Of a stretch of 64,000 bases of DNA, positions 1 to 10,067 are shown piece by piece. The stretch comes from Gammaproteobacteria bacterium (GTDB taxonomy: Bacteria > Pseudomonadota > Gammaproteobacteria > Magnimaribacterales > AG-339-G14): assembly GCA_003331625.1 (NCBI GenBank), contig QOPF01000007.1, positions 3,559-67,558 on the forward strand, read 5' to 3'. The position numbers were made by a program, and so were the translations under genes. Every line of letters begins with the position of its first letter. Position 1 is the stretch's first letter. Under the pieces are notes generated by a model. That model did no database searches. It was not told where the DNA came from and worked only from the letters and a program-made list of their open reading frames with translations.

Positions 1-887
1 TTCCTAGTATTTCTACAGGCTCATTAGGATTAGATTTGGCACTTGGTATTGATGGCTTGCCAAAAGGAAGAGTAGTTGAGATTTTTGGTCCCGAATCCTC
101 AGGAAAAACTACTTTAACTTTACAAGTTATAGCTGAGTGCCAAAAACAAGGGGGAACAGCGGCATTTATAGATGCTGAGCATGCCTTGGATCCTATATAC
201 GCTGAAAAAATAGGAGTAAAAATTAATGATTTGCTTCTTTCGCAACCTGATACGGGAGAACAGGCATTAGAAGTTGCAGACATCATGGTCAAGTCAGGCG
301 GTATAGATGTTCTAGTAATTGATTCTGTAGCAGCTTTAGTTCCAAGAGCTGAAATAGAAGGAGAAATGGGAGATCACCATGTAGGTTTGCAAGCAAGATT
401 AATGTCCCAAGCCCTAAGGAAGATTACTGGGAGTATAAAAAAATCCAATACCTTAGTTATTTTCATTAACCAAATTAGAATGAAGATAGGAGTTATGTTT
501 GGTAGTCCAGAGACCACTTCCGGTGGAAATGCCCTTAAATTTTATTCATCTGTTAGATTGGATATAAGAAGAATAGGAACTGTTAAGGATGGCGATGAAG
601 TAGCTGGAAATGAAACTAGAGTTAAAGTTGTTAAAAATAAAGTTTCCCCCCCTTTCAGACAAGCTGAATTTCAAATTCTTTACAATAAAGGAATAAATAG
701 AGAAGGCGAGATTCTTGATATTGGATCAGAAAGAAAGATAGTTGAAAAAGCTGGAGCTTGGTATGCTTATGAAGGTGAAAAAATAGGACAAGGAAAGGTT
801 AATGCTAGTCAATTTCTTAAAGATAATCCTAGTATTGCTAAGAAGATAGAAAAGCAAATTTTTGAATCAATCAAAGAGACTAAATAA
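1..887 (+). CDS. recA: Recombinase RecA (5' end truncated by the window edge)
   Basis: The frame is open from position 3. Translation [41 protein letters not shown] contains Walker A GPESSGKT and the RecA core. The ORF-track 'M' at 36 is an internal TTG (Leu). Confidence 0.97.
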   Translation, partial: PSISTGSLGLDLALGIDGLPKGRVVEIFGPESSGKTTLTLQVIAECQKQGGTAAFIDAEHALDPIYAEKIGVKINDLLLSQPDTGEQALEVADIMVKSGGIDVLVIDSVAALVPRAEIEGEMGDHHVGLQARLMSQALRKITGSIKKSNTLVIFINQIRMKIGVMFGSPETTSGGNALKFYSSVRLDIRRIGTVKDGDEVAGNETRVKVVKNKVSPPFRQAEFQILYNKGINREGEILDIGSERKIVEKAGAWYAYEGEKIGQGKVNASQFLKDNPSIAKKIEKQIFESIKETK

Positions 888-2144
888 ATCTTTTTCTGAA
901 ACCATATCTTTGGACTGATTTTCTCTATGGATTACTTCATAAGAGCCATTTTCTATATTTTTTTCACTTATGATTATTTGCAATGGGTTTCCCATAAGGT
1001 TTGCATCTGAAAATTTGATTCCAGGCGATACATCTCTATCATCGTAGAAAATATCTAGATTCCTATTTTTTAGCAAAGAATAAATCTGAATAGATTTTTC
1101 TCTGACGGCTACTGATTTTTTTTCATTTATGGAGATAATAGTGCAGTCAAAAGGAGCTATGCTTTTAGGAAAAATTATTCCTTCGCTATCAAAGTTTTGT
1201 TCTATTGATGCAGCTACAATCCTAGAAACGCCAATTCCATAACAGCCCATTTCTAAAAATTTTTGTTTATTATTTACCTGGACGCTTAAATTCATAGCTT
1301 CGCTATATTTATTTCCTAATTCAAAAATATGACCTACTTCAATGCCTTTTTTAATAGATAGCATTCCATATGAACTATCTATATCTGAAAGATCGTTTTT
1401 ATCAATTTTATTGTGAATTTCTTTTTTTAAATCATTTTCGAGAAGTTCTATATTTGATGAAAACCCTTCATTATTAAAAACTAGCGTATCTTCTCCAGAG
1501 TCAGCTAAAACATGAAATTCTTCTGATTTATTGCCGCCAATTGCTCCCGAATCAGCATTAACAATTTTATATTTTAAACCAATTTCATTGAAAATATCCT
1601 CGTAACACTTTCTCATAGACATATATCTTTCATTCAAGCCTTTTTCGTCTGTATCAAATGAATACGCATCTTTCATTAGAAATTCCCTAGCTCTCATTAC
1701 GCCAAATCTTGGCCTAATTTCATCTCTAAACTTCGTTTGAATTTGATAAAAGATTTTAGGTAAATCCTTGTGACTTTTTATTTCTTGTCTGCATAGATCT
1801 GTAATTACTTCTTCATGAGTTGGGCCTAAATAAAAATCTCTATCGTTTCTATCCTTAAATCCTAATAATTCCGGCCCCATTTGTTTAGATCTATCGGTTT
1901 CATCCCATAGAGACTTAGGTTGAACCATTGGCATCAATACTTCTAAACAACCATTTTGGTCTAAATTATTTCTTATAATATTTTCAATTTTTTTTATAAC
2001 TTTTAATCCCAATGGAAGCCATGAATAAATTCCTGAAGCTAATTGTTTTATCATATTTGCCCTGACCATTAACTTATGGCTAATTAATTCTGCATCCTTA
2101 GGAGCTTCTTTGAGTGTTTTATATTGAAATGAGGAAGCTTTCAT
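867..2144 (-). CDS. proS: Prolyl-tRNA synthetase, bacterial type, lacking the INS editing domain (425 aa)
   Basis: Class II motif 2 [25 protein letters not shown] and motif 3 [17 protein letters not shown]. Only about 28 aa separate NIELLEN from KGIEVGH, where E. coli ProRS has a roughly 180-aa insertion. Confidence 0.93.
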   Translation of the reverse strand: MKASSFQYKTLKEAPKDAELISHKLMVRANMIKQLASGIYSWLPLGLKVIKKIENIIRNNLDQNGCLEVLMPMVQPKSLWDETDRSKQMGPELLGFKDRNDRDFYLGPTHEEVITDLCRQEIKSHKDLPKIFYQIQTKFRDEIRPRFGVMRAREFLMKDAYSFDTDEKGLNERYMSMRKCYEDIFNEIGLKYKIVNADSGAIGGNKSEEFHVLADSGEDTLVFNNEGFSSNIELLENDLKKEIHNKIDKNDLSDIDSSYGMLSIKKGIEVGHIFELGNKYSEAMNLSVQVNNKQKFLEMGCYGIGVSRIVAASIEQNFDSEGIIFPKSIAPFDCTIISINEKKSVAVREKSIQIYSLLKNRNLDIFYDDRDVSPGIKFSDANLMGNPLQIIISEKNIENGSYEVIHRENQSKDMVSEKDLFSLFD

Positions 2145-2213
2145 GAAAAAAATAAATTATTATTCGCTTTTAAAAATTAATAATACTAAAAATTTCAAGC
2201 ACAGGAAGAAATA

Positions 2214-2495
2214 ATGCCTATTTATGAATATAAATGCAGTAAATGTAATAAAGTTTTTGAAAGAATCATTTCTTTATCTAATTTAGATAAGGAAGTCTTT
2301 TGTGATTGTTCTCCTAAAGCTGAAGCAAAAAAAATAATATCTGCTCCATCGTTTAGACTTAATGGTTCGGGTTGGTACGAAACCGACTTTAAGACAGGTA
2401 ATAAAAAAAATCTTGTACAATCAGATAATAAGACAACAAAACCCAAAGAAGAAAAGAAAACAGAAAATCAAAAATTACCTAAGAAAGATAAATAA
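2214..2495 (+). CDS. FmdB-family zinc-ribbon protein
   Basis: N-terminus MPIYEYKCSKCNKVFE with a second Cys pair CDC. Lys-rich tail. Confidence 0.75.
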   Translation: MPIYEYKCSKCNKVFERIISLSNLDKEVFCDCSPKAEAKKIISAPSFRLNGSGWYETDFKTGNKKNLVQSDNKTTKPKEEKKTENQKLPKKDK

Positions 2496-2507
2496 TTCCC
2501 TTTAAAC

Positions 2508-4271
2508 ATGATACGTTCTTTAATAAAAAGCATTAGAAAACAAGAAATAGGTTCTTCTTTTCTAATTTCTGGCTGGGTAGAAAAGGTTAGAGATCACGGG
2601 GGTGTAATATTTTTTGATATAAGGGATTCTTCTGGATTAATTCAAGTTGTAGTAGAACCAGAAAATAAAGAGCTTTTTCAAAAATCAGAATCAATAAGAA
2701 TGTCTTTTGTTCTTGAAATAACAGGGTTACTTAGAAATAGGCCCGAAGGAACAATAAATGAGTCTTTAGCTTCCGGAGAGCTTGAGTTAGTTTCAAGTGA
2801 AATAAAAATCCTTTCTAAAAGTAATCCTTTACCATTTCAATTGGATGAACACTCCAATGTTAGCGAAGAAGTTAGATTGAAATACAGGTACTTAGATTTA
2901 AGAAGACCTGAAATGCAATCAAATTTAAAAATAAGATCAAAAGTAAATCACTTAATAAGAACTCTTTTAATTGAAAAAAGCTTTATAGAAATAGAAACTC
3001 CTATGATGGCAAGAGCGACTCCTGAAGGAGCTAGAGATTTTCTCGTTCCAAGCAGGCTTTACAGTCAAAAATTTTATGCCTTGACTCAATCGCCTCAGCT
3101 CTTCAAACAAATGCTTATGATAGGTGGATTTGAAAAATATTTTCAAATAGTTAAATGTTTTAGAGATGAAGACACCAGAAAAGACAGGCAGCCTGAATTT
3201 ACTCAACTTGATATAGAACTTTCTTTTGTTGAAGAGGAGGATATTTTATCTATATCTGAAAATTTAATAAAAAAGATTTTTTCTGAGATATTGAATAAAG
3301 AGTTTGGTAATTTTTTAAGGATACCTTATCAAGATGCTATTAGAGATTTTGGATCCGACAAACCTGACTTAAGAAATCCTCTTAAACTAGAAGAAGTCAA
3401 AGATATTTTTCTCAAATCTTCTTTTAAGGTTTTTGCTGATCCAGCTAAGAATGAAAAAGCCAGGATTGTTGCTTTAAAAATTAATCAAGAAATCTCTAGG
3501 AATAAGATAGATGAATACACTAAGTTTGTGAGCTCTTATGGAGCAAAAGGATTGGCCTATATCAAAGTTAATGATCCTAAAGATTTAGAAAATGGACTTC
3601 AATCTCCTATATTAAAATTTCTTTCTACCGATGAAATAGCTTCTTTAGCTGATAGATTAAATTTATCTACTGGAGATACAGTCTTTTTTGGAGCTGATCA
3701 TAAGAACATAGTAAATGATTCTATGGGAGCTCTCAGAGAAAGATTAGGATCAGATTTTAAACTTATTAATGAGGATGAATTTAAATTTGCTTGGATAACA
3801 GATTTTCCTTTATTTGATGAAGACTTAAAAGGTAACCTATCTCCATCGCATCATCCATTTACTTCATTTAATGGAGGAATTGAAGAGTTAAAAAAAGAAC
3901 CCTCTAAAGTAGTGGCTAAAGCATATGATCTAATTCTAAATGGCAGCGAAATAGGCGGGGGGTCATTAAGAATTAGTGACTTAAAAGAACAAATGGAAGT
4001 ACTTTCAATTTTAAATATCAATGAAAATGAAGCCAATGAAAAGTTTGGCTTTTTTCTTGAAGCCTTATCATATGGATGTCCACCTCATGGAGGAATAGCC
4101 TTTGGTTTAGATAGGTTAATAATGCTCTTGTGTAAACAAGAATCTATCAGAGATGTCATTGCATTTCCTAAGACTCAATCCGCAAATTGTTTGCTTTCTG
4201 ATGCTCCTAGCTTAATTGATCCAGAACAATTAGATGCTCTTTCCTTAAAGTTAATTGAAGAGGATTCATAA
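2508..4271 (+). CDS. aspS: Aspartyl-tRNA synthetase
   Basis: OB-fold N-terminus, motif 2 [18 protein letters not shown], motif 3 [13 protein letters not shown]. 587 aa. Confidence 0.96.
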   Translation: MIRSLIKSIRKQEIGSSFLISGWVEKVRDHGGVIFFDIRDSSGLIQVVVEPENKELFQKSESIRMSFVLEITGLLRNRPEGTINESLASGELELVSSEIKILSKSNPLPFQLDEHSNVSEEVRLKYRYLDLRRPEMQSNLKIRSKVNHLIRTLLIEKSFIEIETPMMARATPEGARDFLVPSRLYSQKFYALTQSPQLFKQMLMIGGFEKYFQIVKCFRDEDTRKDRQPEFTQLDIELSFVEEEDILSISENLIKKIFSEILNKEFGNFLRIPYQDAIRDFGSDKPDLRNPLKLEEVKDIFLKSSFKVFADPAKNEKARIVALKINQEISRNKIDEYTKFVSSYGAKGLAYIKVNDPKDLENGLQSPILKFLSTDEIASLADRLNLSTGDTVFFGADHKNIVNDSMGALRERLGSDFKLINEDEFKFAWITDFPLFDEDLKGNLSPSHHPFTSFNGGIEELKKEPSKVVAKAYDLILNGSEIGGGSLRISDLKEQMEVLSILNINENEANEKFGFFLEALSYGCPPHGGIAFGLDRLIMLLCKQESIRDVIAFPKTQSANCLLSDAPSLIDPEQLDALSLKLIEEDS

Positions 4272-5005
4272 TGGCTGGCCACTCTAAATGGGCAAATATA
4301 AAGCATCGAAAAGGTAGGCAGGACGAAAAAAGGCAAAAGGTTTTTTCTAAACTTATAAGAGAATTAACTGTTGCTGCAAAACTAGGAGGCAGTGAACCAG
4401 GAGATAATCCTAGACTTAGATTAGCTCTTGATAAAGCTTTAGGAGCAAATATGCCTAAAGATACAATAGAAAGAGCAGTGGCCAGAGGTTCCGGAGACCA
4501 GGAATCAGAAAATCTTGAAGAGACTATATATGAAGGTTATGGTCCAAATGGAGTAGCAATTATTGTCGAGACGCTTACAGATAATAAAAATCGAACCGTA
4601 GCGGAAGTTAGGCACGCATTTTCAAAGTTTGGAGGAAGTTTAGGAACAGATGGTTCAGTCTCTTACCTTTTTACAAAAATAGGACAAATAGTAGTAGAAA
4701 GTAATAACGAAGAAAAGATATTTGATTTATCAGTATCAAATGGAGCGGAGGAAGTCGAAAAGGGTGAAGATAATAATTTCATAATATCTGTAGAAGTTGA
4801 AGAATTTCATAATCTTAAACAAGTTCTCGAGGATAACGAGATAAAAATTGTAGAATACGAATTATTAATGAGAGCATCTAATAGCATAGAACTGGATGTT
4901 GAAAGTTCTGAGAAAGTGATTAATTTATTAGAAAATTTAGAGGATTTAGATGATGTTCAAGGTGTTCACTCCAATGCCGAATTTTCAGAGGGAAGCTTTT
5001 CTTAA
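4271..5005 (+). CDS. yebC: YebC/PmpR-family (TACO1) transcriptional regulator
   Basis: [15 protein letters not shown] signature N-terminus. TAATG overlap with the aspS stop. Confidence 0.93.
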   Translation: MAGHSKWANIKHRKGRQDEKRQKVFSKLIRELTVAAKLGGSEPGDNPRLRLALDKALGANMPKDTIERAVARGSGDQESENLEETIYEGYGPNGVAIIVETLTDNKNRTVAEVRHAFSKFGGSLGTDGSVSYLFTKIGQIVVESNNEEKIFDLSVSNGAEEVEKGEDNNFIISVEVEEFHNLKQVLEDNEIKIVEYELLMRASNSIELDVESSEKVINLLENLEDLDDVQGVHSNAEFSEGSFS

Positions 5006-5412
5006 TGACGAATTCAAGAAATAAGGGAGCATCATTTGAAAGAGAGATTGCTAATAACTTAAATGAATCGCTAAACCTAAAAAAACCTTTAAAAAGAATA
5101 CTAGAACAAACTAGAGAAAAGCATTTACCAGACTTAATTTTGGGGAATTGGTTTTTAGAATGCAAAAGATATGGACAAGGAGCTGAGCCCTTAGAGAGCT
5201 GGTGGGATCAAGTTATAAAATCGACACCAGAAGGATGCCTTCCCGCTTTAATTTACAAATTCAATCACCGTCCAATAAAAGTAAGAATTCCCTTATATGC
5301 AGTAAATAGAAATTTACAAAAAGATTTTAGTAATACTTGTGATATTTCACTGGAAAGTTTTATTTTTTTAATAAAATCTTTTTATATGGAAGATATCAAA
5401 GATCATTTATAG
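5005..5412 (+). CDS. PD-(D/E)xK nuclease-fold protein, putative Holliday-junction resolvase (Hjc / T7 endonuclease I-like)
   Basis: KGASFEREI (E12), LPDLILG (D43) and FLECK (E52-x-K54), then ALIYKFNHRPIKV. These align by eye with archaeal Hjc (KGxxxEREL, VDLVAG, IEVK, PVLAVKF) and the T7 endonuclease I segment TPDFLLPNGIFVETKG. It occupies the ruvC slot after yebC, with a TAATG start overlap. Confidence 0.5.
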   Translation: MTNSRNKGASFEREIANNLNESLNLKKPLKRILEQTREKHLPDLILGNWFLECKRYGQGAEPLESWWDQVIKSTPEGCLPALIYKFNHRPIKVRIPLYAVNRNLQKDFSNTCDISLESFIFLIKSFYMEDIKDHL

Positions 5413-5414
5413 AC

Positions 5415-5819
5415 ATGGATTCCATAGAAGTTAGAATCTACTACGAAGATACTGATGCACAAGGAGTGGTTTTTTATGCAAATTACTTAAAGTATTTTGA
5501 GAGAGCTAGAACAGAGTTCTTAAGAAAATGCGGCTACAAACAGGATTCACTTCTAGAAAATGGGATAATTTTTATAGTTAACAAATTAGATGTTCATTAT
5601 AAAAAACCAGTTTTATTGGATCAGGTTATTAAAATTGAATCCTCAATAAATATTTTAAAAAAAGCTAGTTTTTATTTTTACCAAAAAGTTATTTTAAATT
5701 CTGAAGTTATGTGTGAAGCTAATATTCTTTGCGGATGCGTTGATCTGAAAACAAAAAAACCAATACCCTTACCCGAAGATTTAAGAATGAAAATGCTGGA
5801 GAAAAAAAATGCAAACTGA
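5415..5819 (+). CDS. ybgC: Tol-Pal-associated acyl-CoA thioesterase (4HBT fold)
   Basis: YYEDTDAQGVVFYANYLKYFERARTEFL hotdog-fold motif. Lies directly upstream of tolQ. Confidence 0.9.
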   Translation: MDSIEVRIYYEDTDAQGVVFYANYLKYFERARTEFLRKCGYKQDSLLENGIIFIVNKLDVHYKKPVLLDQVIKIESSINILKKASFYFYQKVILNSEVMCEANILCGCVDLKTKKPIPLPEDLRMKMLEKKNAN

Positions 5820-6456
5820 ATTGAGCTTTCTTGAGTTATTTTTTGGAGCCAGTTTCATAGTTCAGATTGTCATAATCATCTTGTTCATTCTTGCAGGAAC
5901 TTCATGGTGGTTTATTTTTGATAAATGGCTTACTTTGACTAGAGCAAAAAAAGATATCTTTGAATTTGAAGATAAATTTTGGAATTCAAAGAACACTGAA
6001 AAATTTTTTATAGATCAAAAAAGACAGAGCCATCATTTTGGCCTCTCTCAAATTTTCATTATCGTACACGAGGAATTTAAAAAATTTGAAAACTTAGAAG
6101 AATCAGAAAATACTATAGCCAAATCAATTCAAATAATCATAAGCAGACAGGAAGAAAAACTAGAAGAGGGGCTTTCATTTCTATCCACTGTAGCTTCAGT
6201 AAGTCCATTTATAGGTTTATTTGGAACAGTATGGGGTGTAATGAATGCTTTTAGCGGTCTTGCACAATTGTCTCAAGTTTCTATAAATGCTGTAGCACCG
6301 GGAATTTCAGAAGCTTTAGTAGCAACTGCTTTAGGGCTTTTTGCAGCTATCCCAGCACTTATTTCTTATAATTGGAGCGTAAAATCTATTGATTCGATAA
6401 TAAAAAGCTATGAAAATTTCTCTGATGAGTTATTAATTTCTTATCAAGAAAGATGA
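5809..6456 (+). CDS. tolQ: Tol-Pal system protein TolQ
   Basis: MotA/TolQ/ExbB family: GLFGTVWGVMNAF, APGISEALVATALGL. Conserved synteny. Confidence 0.94.
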   Translation: MQTELSFLELFFGASFIVQIVIIILFILAGTSWWFIFDKWLTLTRAKKDIFEFEDKFWNSKNTEKFFIDQKRQSHHFGLSQIFIIVHEEFKKFENLEESENTIAKSIQIIISRQEEKLEEGLSFLSTVASVSPFIGLFGTVWGVMNAFSGLAQLSQVSINAVAPGISEALVATALGLFAAIPALISYNWSVKSIDSIIKSYENFSDELLISYQER

Positions 6457-6881
6457 GTAGACGAATTAAAAATAGAAAGCTTTTAACTGAAATAAACGTT
6501 ATTCCTTATGTCGATATTTCTTTAGTACTGTTAGTAATTTTTATGGTAGCTACTCCATTTATGATTCAGGGAATTGATTTAGACTTACCAAAGGCTGAAT
6601 CGCAAGCACTTAACAAATCTAAGGGAGAAAACTTAACTATTTCTGTAAGCAAGGAAGGATTTTACTCATTAGATTTAGGCGAAAAAGATAAGGTATTTAA
6701 AAGTTTTAATAAATTTTCAGAACAATTTTTAAGGGTAATTAACAATAATCCAGAAATAGATATTTTCATTAGAGCAGACAAAGAAACTATTTATGAAAAC
6801 ATTATTAAAATAATGTCCTTGGTAAAAAATTATAAAACAGATTCAATAAATCTAATTACTGAGCCTCCAGTAAATGAATAA
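6453..6881 (+). CDS. tolR: Tol-Pal system protein TolR
   Basis: ExbD/TolR family: INVIPYVDISLVLLVIFMV single TM. Conserved synteny. Confidence 0.92.
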   Translation: MSRRIKNRKLLTEINVIPYVDISLVLLVIFMVATPFMIQGIDLDLPKAESQALNKSKGENLTISVSKEGFYSLDLGEKDKVFKSFNKFSEQFLRVINNNPEIDIFIRADKETIYENIIKIMSLVKNYKTDSINLITEPPVNE

Positions 6882-7518
6882 AATCATTACTAGTTTTCAC
6901 ACACTTCTTTTATTAATAATATTCTTTTCTTTAATTTTTTCTATTTTTTCAATGCCAAAGCTGAAAGTCAGTAAAAATGAGAGTATTAAAATCAATTTTT
7001 ACGAAATGTCTGAACTGTCAAAACCTTCAAGAAAAATTGTATCCAATAAAAAAGTAACTTCAATAAAAAAAAACAAAGATTCTAAAGATTCTAAAGATTC
7101 TAAAGATTCTAAAGATTCCTATACAAATTCTAATAATCTATCTGATTTATTGAATAATTCTTTTCTTAAAAAAGATATAAAAAATGAAATTAGCAAGATT
7201 AGGCTCACCAAAGAAAGGAAAAATATAATTAAATTTTCTTCCATTATACAAAATAAAATTTCTTCTATTTGGATTAAACCCAATTCTTTGAGTGAGACTC
7301 TCTCTGCGAAAGTCCTTATAAGATTAGCTCCTTCAGGAGAAATACTAGATTTTGAATTAGAAGAGCCAAGTTCAAATAAATCTTTTAACGAATCTATTCT
7401 TACTGCAATGAGCAAAATATTTTTTTTCGAAGAGATTGCAGGCGCTGATAGAAAAGTTTTTGAAACAAATTTTAGAAATTTTAAATTAGTATTTAAATCC
7501 TCTGGAGAAATTCGTTGA
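6874..7518 (+). CDS. tolA: Tol-Pal system protein TolA (short, 214 aa)
   Basis: N-terminal TM, a Lys/Ser/Asp-rich linker with (KDS)x5, and a C-terminal TolA domain III-like segment (SAKVLIRLAPSGEILDFELEEPSSNKSFNESILTAM). Conserved position. Confidence 0.82.
   Translation: MNKIITSFHTLLLLIIFFSLIFSIFSMPKLKVSKNESIKINFYEMSELSKPSRKIVSNKKVTSIKKNKDSKDSKDSKDSKDSYTNSNNLSDLLNNSFLKKDIKNEISKIRLTKERKNIIKFSSIIQNKISSIWIKPNSLSETLSAKVLIRLAPSGEILDFELEEPSSNKSFNESILTAMSKIFFFEEIAGADRKVFETNFRNFKLVFKSSGEIR
7075..7119 (+). repeat. Five tandem copies of a 9-nt unit (aaagattct) encoding KDS repeats inside tolA
   Basis: Direct reading: aaagattct x4 followed by aaagattcc. Confidence 0.95.
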
Positions 7519-8801
7519 AGAGATTTTTTTTAATCTTAATTCTTATAATTTCAAATAACATTTTTTCTATTTTAGAAATAGAAATAATTAAGGGAAGTGA
7601 TAATTTATCTAAGATTGCTTTTGTACCTTTTGCGGTAAATGAAGGTTTAGAGTTAAGCCAGGGAGAAAACTTAGCAAAATTAATAGAAAGTAACATGCTT
7701 TTGTTTGGTGAGTTTGAAAATCTTGATAAAGCAGAAATGTTAGCTTTTCCCTCTTTAGAAGAGGATTTTTTCTATAGAGATTGGAAAATTCAAGGAGTAG
7801 ATTTTTCTGTTATAGGAAAAATTAATTCAGTTAATATTTTGGGTAACCTCAATATTTCTTATACATTATTTAACATCAATAGGCGTATCAAAGTCTTAGA
7901 AGGAGAAATAATTGGAAGTGAAAACAATATAGACGGAATAGCAAAAATTATTAGCAACAGAATTTATGAAAAAATTACGGGTTTAAAAGGTATTTTTGAT
8001 ACTAAATTGGCCTACGTAATTAATTCAGATTCTGACACATATCAAATGTGTATCTCTGATATAGATGGTAAAAATGAAAGGATTCTTTTTACTTCAAAAT
8101 CTCCAATCATGTCTCCTGATTGGTCTCCGGATCGCAAAAAAATTGCGTACGTTTCGTTTGAAAATGGAATTGCAGAAATTTTTATTCAAGATTTAAAAAC
8201 AGGAGAGAGAGACTCAATTCAAGCTCTTGGTATGACAAACAGCGCACCTGTTTGGTCTCCTAATGGTAAAAGCCTTGCTTTAGTTGTCTCATTCTCAGGA
8301 AATCCTGATATTTTCTTATATTCAATTGCTTCAAAAAGTTTATCTCGATTAACCAATCACTATGCGATTGATACTGAACCATCTTGGTCTCCCGATTCCA
8401 AAAAAATTATTTTTACTTCTGACAGGTCGGGTAGTCCTCAACTTTATGAAATAAATACTTCCTCAAAGAGACAAAAAAGACTAACCAGAGATGGTACTTA
8501 TAATGCCAGGGGTAGATATTTCCCAGATGGAAAATCAATCTTTTTTGTTCATGGCAATAATGGTAATTTCCAAATAGCTACAAAAAAACTTTCAAGTAGG
8601 TTTATTCAAACATTAACTTCTACTTCTTTAGACGAGTCCCCAACCATCTCGCCAAATGGAAACGTAATAATTTATGCTACAAAAAAAGGTTCAAAAGGAT
8701 ATCTTGGAGGCATTACTTTAAATGGAAAATCTAGATTTTCCTTGCCCGTTAAAAATGGCTCAGTAAGGGAACCAGCTTGGTCTCCATTGGTAAATAAGTA
8801 A
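7515..8801 (+). CDS. tolB: Tol-Pal system beta-propeller protein TolB
   Basis: Signal peptide and repeated SP(D/N)G(K) blades (DWSPDRKKIAYVSF, VWSPNGKSLA, SWSPDSKKIIFTSDRSG). TTG start overlaps the tolA TGA. Confidence 0.94.
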   Translation: MKRFFLILILIISNNIFSILEIEIIKGSDNLSKIAFVPFAVNEGLELSQGENLAKLIESNMLLFGEFENLDKAEMLAFPSLEEDFFYRDWKIQGVDFSVIGKINSVNILGNLNISYTLFNINRRIKVLEGEIIGSENNIDGIAKIISNRIYEKITGLKGIFDTKLAYVINSDSDTYQMCISDIDGKNERILFTSKSPIMSPDWSPDRKKIAYVSFENGIAEIFIQDLKTGERDSIQALGMTNSAPVWSPNGKSLALVVSFSGNPDIFLYSIASKSLSRLTNHYAIDTEPSWSPDSKKIIFTSDRSGSPQLYEINTSSKRQKRLTRDGTYNARGRYFPDGKSIFFVHGNNGNFQIATKKLSSRFIQTLTSTSLDESPTISPNGNVIIYATKKGSKGYLGGITLNGKSRFSLPVKNGSVREPAWSPLVNK

Positions 8802-8867
8802 ACTTAATTAAAAATTTCTTGTCTAAAAGAAAAGTATTATAATTAAACCCCAACAAAGAGGTTGAAT

Positions 8868-9347
8868 ATGAGGAGATTATTTATGGAACCAATAGGAATT
8901 TTTATTTTAGCGATGCTTTGTCAAGTTTATTCTTGTGCTGCCAATGTATCTGATTCTGTAGAGCAGATGTCTTATGCTTCTGTTGCAGGGGAAGAGTACC
9001 TTCAAGGTGACGCAGTAGAAGTTGGTTTAGACGACAAAGTATATTTTGATTTTGATAAAGCTTCTCTTGATGCAGAAGATAAAATGTTACTAGAACAATA
9101 TTTACCTTTTATAAAAAAAGCTAAGGTGGTAAGACTTGAAGGCCATTGTGATGAAAGAGGAACTAGAGAATACAATCTAGCTCTTGGAGAAAGACGAGCT
9201 CTTGAAGTGAGAGATTTTCTTATTGTTAAAGGAATCAAAGGAAAAAAAATTAGAGTAGTAAGCTTTGGAGAAGAAAAACCGATAAAAAATTCTTCGAATG
9301 AAATGTCTTGGGCAGAAAACAGAAGGGTAGAAATTTCTTTATACTAG
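8868..9347 (+). CDS. pal: Peptidoglycan-associated lipoprotein Pal
   Basis: Lipobox VYSC and OmpA-like domain LEGHCDERGTREYNLALGERRA. I prefer the ATG at 8868, which follows AGAGG, over the track TTG at 8862. Confidence 0.92.
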   Translation: MRRLFMEPIGIFILAMLCQVYSCAANVSDSVEQMSYASVAGEEYLQGDAVEVGLDDKVYFDFDKASLDAEDKMLLEQYLPFIKKAKVVRLEGHCDERGTREYNLALGERRALEVRDFLIVKGIKGKKIRVVSFGEEKPIKNSSNEMSWAENRRVEISLY

Positions 9348-9348
9348 T

Positions 9349-10047
9349 TTGAAAAATTTTAAAATCATACTGGTTTTTATATTTGGTATTTCCCAACTAT
9401 CTTTTTCACAAAATAATGAATCTTTAGAACTTTTACTAGAAAAGATAAATACCTTAAAAAATGAAATTGAACTTCTTACCTCTTCTTTAGAAGCTAATAC
9501 CTTAAGCCTTTCTCGGTTAGAGGAAGCCAATCAAATAAGGTATGTTGATTTGGATAAAAGAATCCATCTTTTGGAAACTAAACTACTCTTCGAAGAAGAA
9601 CTCCCCGAAGAAGAAATAAATCAATCTATTAATCCACTTTCAGGCCTTGTAGATGAAAAAATTGATTCGGGAGAATTTGAATTGTGGTCAAATTCAATGA
9701 AGTTACTTGATAATTCTAGATATTCAGAAGCAGCTGAAAATCTAAGATTATTGATTCTTTCTTATCCTGAAGGATCCTATGTTGGAGATGCATATTTTTG
9801 GTTGGGTGAAATATATCTAGTTCAAGAAATGTTCGAAGATTCTTTAGAAATTTTAGAATCTTTTATTGCAAAATTTGATGATCATCCTAGAGTTCCTGAT
9901 GCTTTATATAAATTAGCTTTGACATTGCTTAGTCTTGAAAAGAAAGAAGAAGCTTTATTATATTTTCAAGATGTTATAAGCAATTATCCAAATTCAGGAG
10001 CTTCTTTACTTGCTGAACAAGATTTGATTAAACTTAGCCCTCAATGA
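9349..10047 (+). CDS. cpoB: Cell division coordinator CpoB (YbgF), coiled coil plus TPR
   Basis: Signal peptide, N-terminal coiled coil, and C-terminal TPR (YPEGSYVGDAYFWLGEIY, ISNYPNSGAS). Follows pal. TTG start. Confidence 0.88.
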   Translation: MKNFKIILVFIFGISQLSFSQNNESLELLLEKINTLKNEIELLTSSLEANTLSLSRLEEANQIRYVDLDKRIHLLETKLLFEEELPEEEINQSINPLSGLVDEKIDSGEFELWSNSMKLLDNSRYSEAAENLRLLILSYPEGSYVGDAYFWLGEIYLVQEMFEDSLEILESFIAKFDDHPRVPDALYKLALTLLSLEKKEEALLYFQDVISNYPNSGASLLAEQDLIKLSPQ

Positions 10048-10067
10048 AGGTATAATCCTTGTTTTTT

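Noticed and set aside
2222-2446. A 74-aa minus-strand ORF overlapping the FmdB-family zinc-ribbon gene.
   Set aside because: The plus-strand product has the conserved CxxC zinc-ribbon N-terminus. The antisense ORF has no motif and no room for its own signals.
8819-8841. A perfect TATAAT at 8836-8841 upstream of pal with TTGTCT nearby, considered as an internal promoter.
   Set aside because: The spacer between TTGTCT and TATAAT is only 13 nt, and TATAAT-like hexamers are frequent in this AT-rich DNA. The support is too weak to call.
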